NCBI RefSeq assembly: GCF_018350175.1
Contig: NC_058381.1
Location: 58,280,001-58,344,000, forward strand
Direction of reading: 5' to 3'
DNA from: Felis catus
Lineage: Eukaryota
Length of the DNA: 64,000 bases
In this document: positions 61,333 to 64,000 of the stretch, in pieces
How the letters are laid out: each line of letters begins with the position of its first letter
How positions within the stretch are numbered: position 1 is the stretch's first letter
Notes under the pieces: model-generated
The model's input: the letters and a program-made list of their open reading frames with translations, nothing else
Databases searched by the model: none
Told to the model about the DNA's origin: nothing
Position numbers and translations under genes: made by a program

Positions 61333-61992
61333 CTTCTTGGCAGAAAGGGCCAGTTTTTTGGCTGGTGGAGGAGACATGATGCTTGCGGGCTCAGTGGCGG
61401 TGGTGCTCAGGACGGGGGGCTTGGGCTTCGCCGCCTTGGAGTCCTCTCCGCCCGGCAGCGCTCTGGGGTTTGTTCCCTGAGAATCACCCGAGGGGGCGGC
61501 TCCGCTCTCGGGCGTTGGGGGGGCCTTGGTGGGGTCGCTGCTGGCGGAGTGCTCCGGGCTGGGACCGCCGGAACCCCTCCTGTCGGGCTCGGGACGCTCG
61601 CTGCCCGCCGCGGGCCCGCTGGCAGTCACTCCGGCCGGGAGCCTGGGTGAGGTAGAGGGGGCAGCAGCCCTGCCGTCCCAGGAGCCGGGCCTGTGGCCCT
61701 CGCCCCTGCCGCCGCTCCCGGTGCCGGTACCGTGGAGCCCCTGAGAAGCTCTGCGTGACGGGGACACGAAGTGCAGGGGAGTCGGCTTCTTGACTTTCTT
61801 TCCGGGCTCATCCAGAATGGTCGGAGTGTTGGGGGGTGTTTTGGAGAGTCGGGGGGAAGGGGACCCCAAGGGTGGCTTTGGAGGAACATATCCATTCTGA
61901 GACTTCAGACCCAACACGGAGCCGTTTCTGGAAACAAGCACGCCGAGCTCCTCAGTGGCCTGTAGCTTCTTCAGCGTCGCGGGGTCCAGTCG
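61333..61992 (-). CDS. USP36: USP36 internal coding exon (RLDPATLKKLQATEELGVLVSRNGS...PPPAKKLALSAKK), 660 nt, phase 0-0
   Basis: Acceptor ctctctcctag|CGA and donor AAG|gtgggt; frame is open. The peptide matches the recalled human USP36 segment SRNGSTLGLKSQNG...MSPPPAKKLALSAKK. Confidence 0.95.
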
Positions 61993-62006
61993 CTAGAGGA
62001 GAGCAA

Positions 62007-62064
62007 GCAGGGGACACGGTCACACCCGGGAGGGCGCAGGGGACACAGTGACACCCGGGAGGGA
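62007..62064. repeat. 29-bp tandem duplication just upstream of a USP36 acceptor
   Basis: gcaggggacac(g/a)gt(c/g)acacccgggaggg occurs twice. Confidence 0.9.
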
Positions 62065-62799
62065 GCGCGGGCCGGCGGCTCTCCCCGCGAGGTCAAGGCA
62101 CCCTCAGAGGCAGGCAGGGTCCCTGCCAAGCAATTCAAGACAGATTATCCGGGGGGACACACGGTAAGGACGCTGTTGCTTCTCTGAACGGTGGTGGGAT
62201 TTTGTGAGTCGTGCACACGTGGGGATCTTTACGGTCACCTTTACTGAAAGCAGGACGTTTTCATCAGGAGTCAAGAAATACAAAAAAGCGTAAAGTAAAA
62301 AAAACATGTACCCGAGCCGCACCCCTCGGCTAAACGTCAGCCCAGGTGGACACGCTGGCATCCCCTCCGGCCGCCCTGCCTCCCGAGGGCTTCTGGCCCG
62401 CACGGGGGGTGTCTGGGCCCACTGCGCGCTTCCCGAAGCACCGTCACTCCTCTCAGTAAAGGTCTTCCCGTGTGCCCAGCAAGCACCTCGGTGAACAGTT
62501 TACACAAGCTGCCCTGCCTCCCGCTGCCGCGGAAACGAACCGCGCCACGGGGTTCCGGGTACCTTCCGGGCACCCCAACTCCTCCTCCAGGCTCCTCGCG
62601 GCGGCGTCCGTGCCGTCCCTGGTTTAAATGCTCCGCGAGGCCGGTGTCTGCAGCCTGCCGGCCTCACCGCCCGCCTGGTTCAGGTCTAGGAGTCCGAGCT
62701 TACAACTGCTGGCCGAACGAACCACCAAAAGACCAGACCTTTTCCCTATTTACTGCTCAGTGCTCGTGTTTTCGGGACGGAATTCCGAGGCCGGGAGCA

Positions 62800-63290
62800 C
62801 TTCCGTGAATTCTGAGGCACGCTACCAACGCGTTTACCAAACTCTCACCAGCAAGAGCTACTGGGTCCTTCTCAGAATGTTCGCTAATTTCAAACCGCTG
62901 CTGGCTCTTACTACCGTTAACACTCGTACGCTCTCACACGTCACCTGCACGGGTCCTCGGTGCGTGAGAAACGTTCACCTTTTGCTGGATTTGCTGCACA
63001 AATTTTTAGACGCTTTGTCGTTTCGTTTTTTCTAATATCTCACGCTCAAAACTTCAAATGTTAGTTTACCCAATTTATGATTTGTTTTTCGAGGTTTTCT
63101 CTCTTACAAAGTCTTCCCTCTTCTGGAAGTTCACCGAACATGCACTTCTCTTTTCTTCCGAGTTTTCCTCTCTTTTGTCTCTATGCTCAACAACGATTTA
63201 CCCTTTATTTACATTCTCTGCAAAGAGTATACATCTTCCCACTGCACCGTGAGACCTTCTCGTTGATGGGGCACTGACATTTATGTAACC
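62800..63290 (-). mobile_element. Ancient L1 ORF2 remnant in a USP36 intron
   Basis: T-rich plus strand whose reverse complement resembles the L1M ORF2 3' region; no USP36-like peptide. Confidence 0.5.
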
Positions 63291-63321
63291 TACAGAATGT
63301 TATTTAAAATAAAACGGCTTT

Positions 63322-63503
63322 GGGGGCACCTGGGTGGCTCATTCAGTTGAGCATCTGACTCTTGATTTTGGATCAGGTCATGATCCCAGGGTTGTGGGGT
63401 CGAGCCCCGGGTCGCGCTCCACGCTGAGCGCGAAGCCTGCCTCAGATGCTCTCCCCCTCCCCCCGCCCCTCTCCCCTAATCGTGCTCTAAAATAAAAAAT
63501 AAA
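63322..63503 (+). mobile_element. CAN-SINE (older subfamily)
   Basis: Head and A-rich tail. Confidence 0.88.
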
Positions 63504-64000
63504 GTGAAAAGGATTTTGTCAATTGCAGCACGTGTGGAATGTTACCTTCATGATGCTGAGGCGCGTGGCCCCGCGGGCGACACCCCGCCCCTCCCTCCAG
63601 TGTTTCTGAGCACAGCCGAGGCTTCCGCCTCCTGGTCTGGGCCACAGGTCGTGGCCTTTCTTTGCTAGGTCAACCCAACGCTTCTAATTCTCACGTGTTG
63701 GCAGGGAAACACAGGTCTGCAAAAATGACCAGACCCCCGCAGACCGCGAAGGGCCCCCACCTCCCGGCAGCCGGCGTCTGGATCTGATCTTCAGACCGAA
63801 GGGGAAGGTTCACAGAAGCGGTCGACAGAAAGGACCGATCTGTTTCTCAACGACAGACGGTGTCGCGGCAAGGAGATCCCTCGCTACTCTGGTCGGTACG
63901 ACCGGTTCTCAGTAGAAAAACTCAAATATTACACAAAAATAACTTGAAAAGGAGGGTATTTCCTAATTGCGAACGTTTTTCCACCTCAGATCTCTCGCTC

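Noticed and set aside
62800-63290. Possible additional USP36 exon
   Set aside because: No USP36-like peptide or matching splice phases; looks like a decayed L1. The next upstream exon is probably outside the window.
1-64000. A novel multi-gene biological system
   Set aside because: All credible coding signal belongs to two known conserved genes; the rest is explained by introns, regulatory DNA and repeats.

Overview
This is mammalian, not prokaryotic, genomic DNA. The abundant carnivore tRNA-derived CAN-SINEs are of feline type, so it is most likely a cat or other felid; the sequence alone does not fix the species. The region is GC-rich and carries two tandem minus-strand genes. (1) USP36, 3' part: seven coding exons (61333-61992, 60583-60710, 58170-58727, 57512-57720, 55827-55928, 55252-55367, 54714-54845), all with GT/AG ends and compatible phases, followed by a probable 3'UTR intron and a terminal UTR exon with several AATAAA signals (~52150-54422). 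(2) CYTH1 (cytohesin-1), 5' end: a CpG-island promoter and a 22-nt first coding exon (41484-41505, MEEDDSY-). I did not find exon 2, so bases 1-41483 appear to be intron 1. That intron holds a second, phase-compatible first exon (2035-2062, MVLKTQEED-) with its own GC-box promoter, and several candidate enhancer and CTCF elements. The rest is ~30 CAN-SINEs, three MLT1 solo LTRs, old L1/HAL1/L2/MIR/MER remnants and microsatellites. Nearly all ORFs in the supplied track are GC- or repeat-derived noise. I see no evidence of a novel multi-gene system; the most interesting signals are regulatory and isoform-level. Gene and repeat identities come from my recall of the human proteins and repeat consensuses, not from a database search, and repeat boundaries are approximate.
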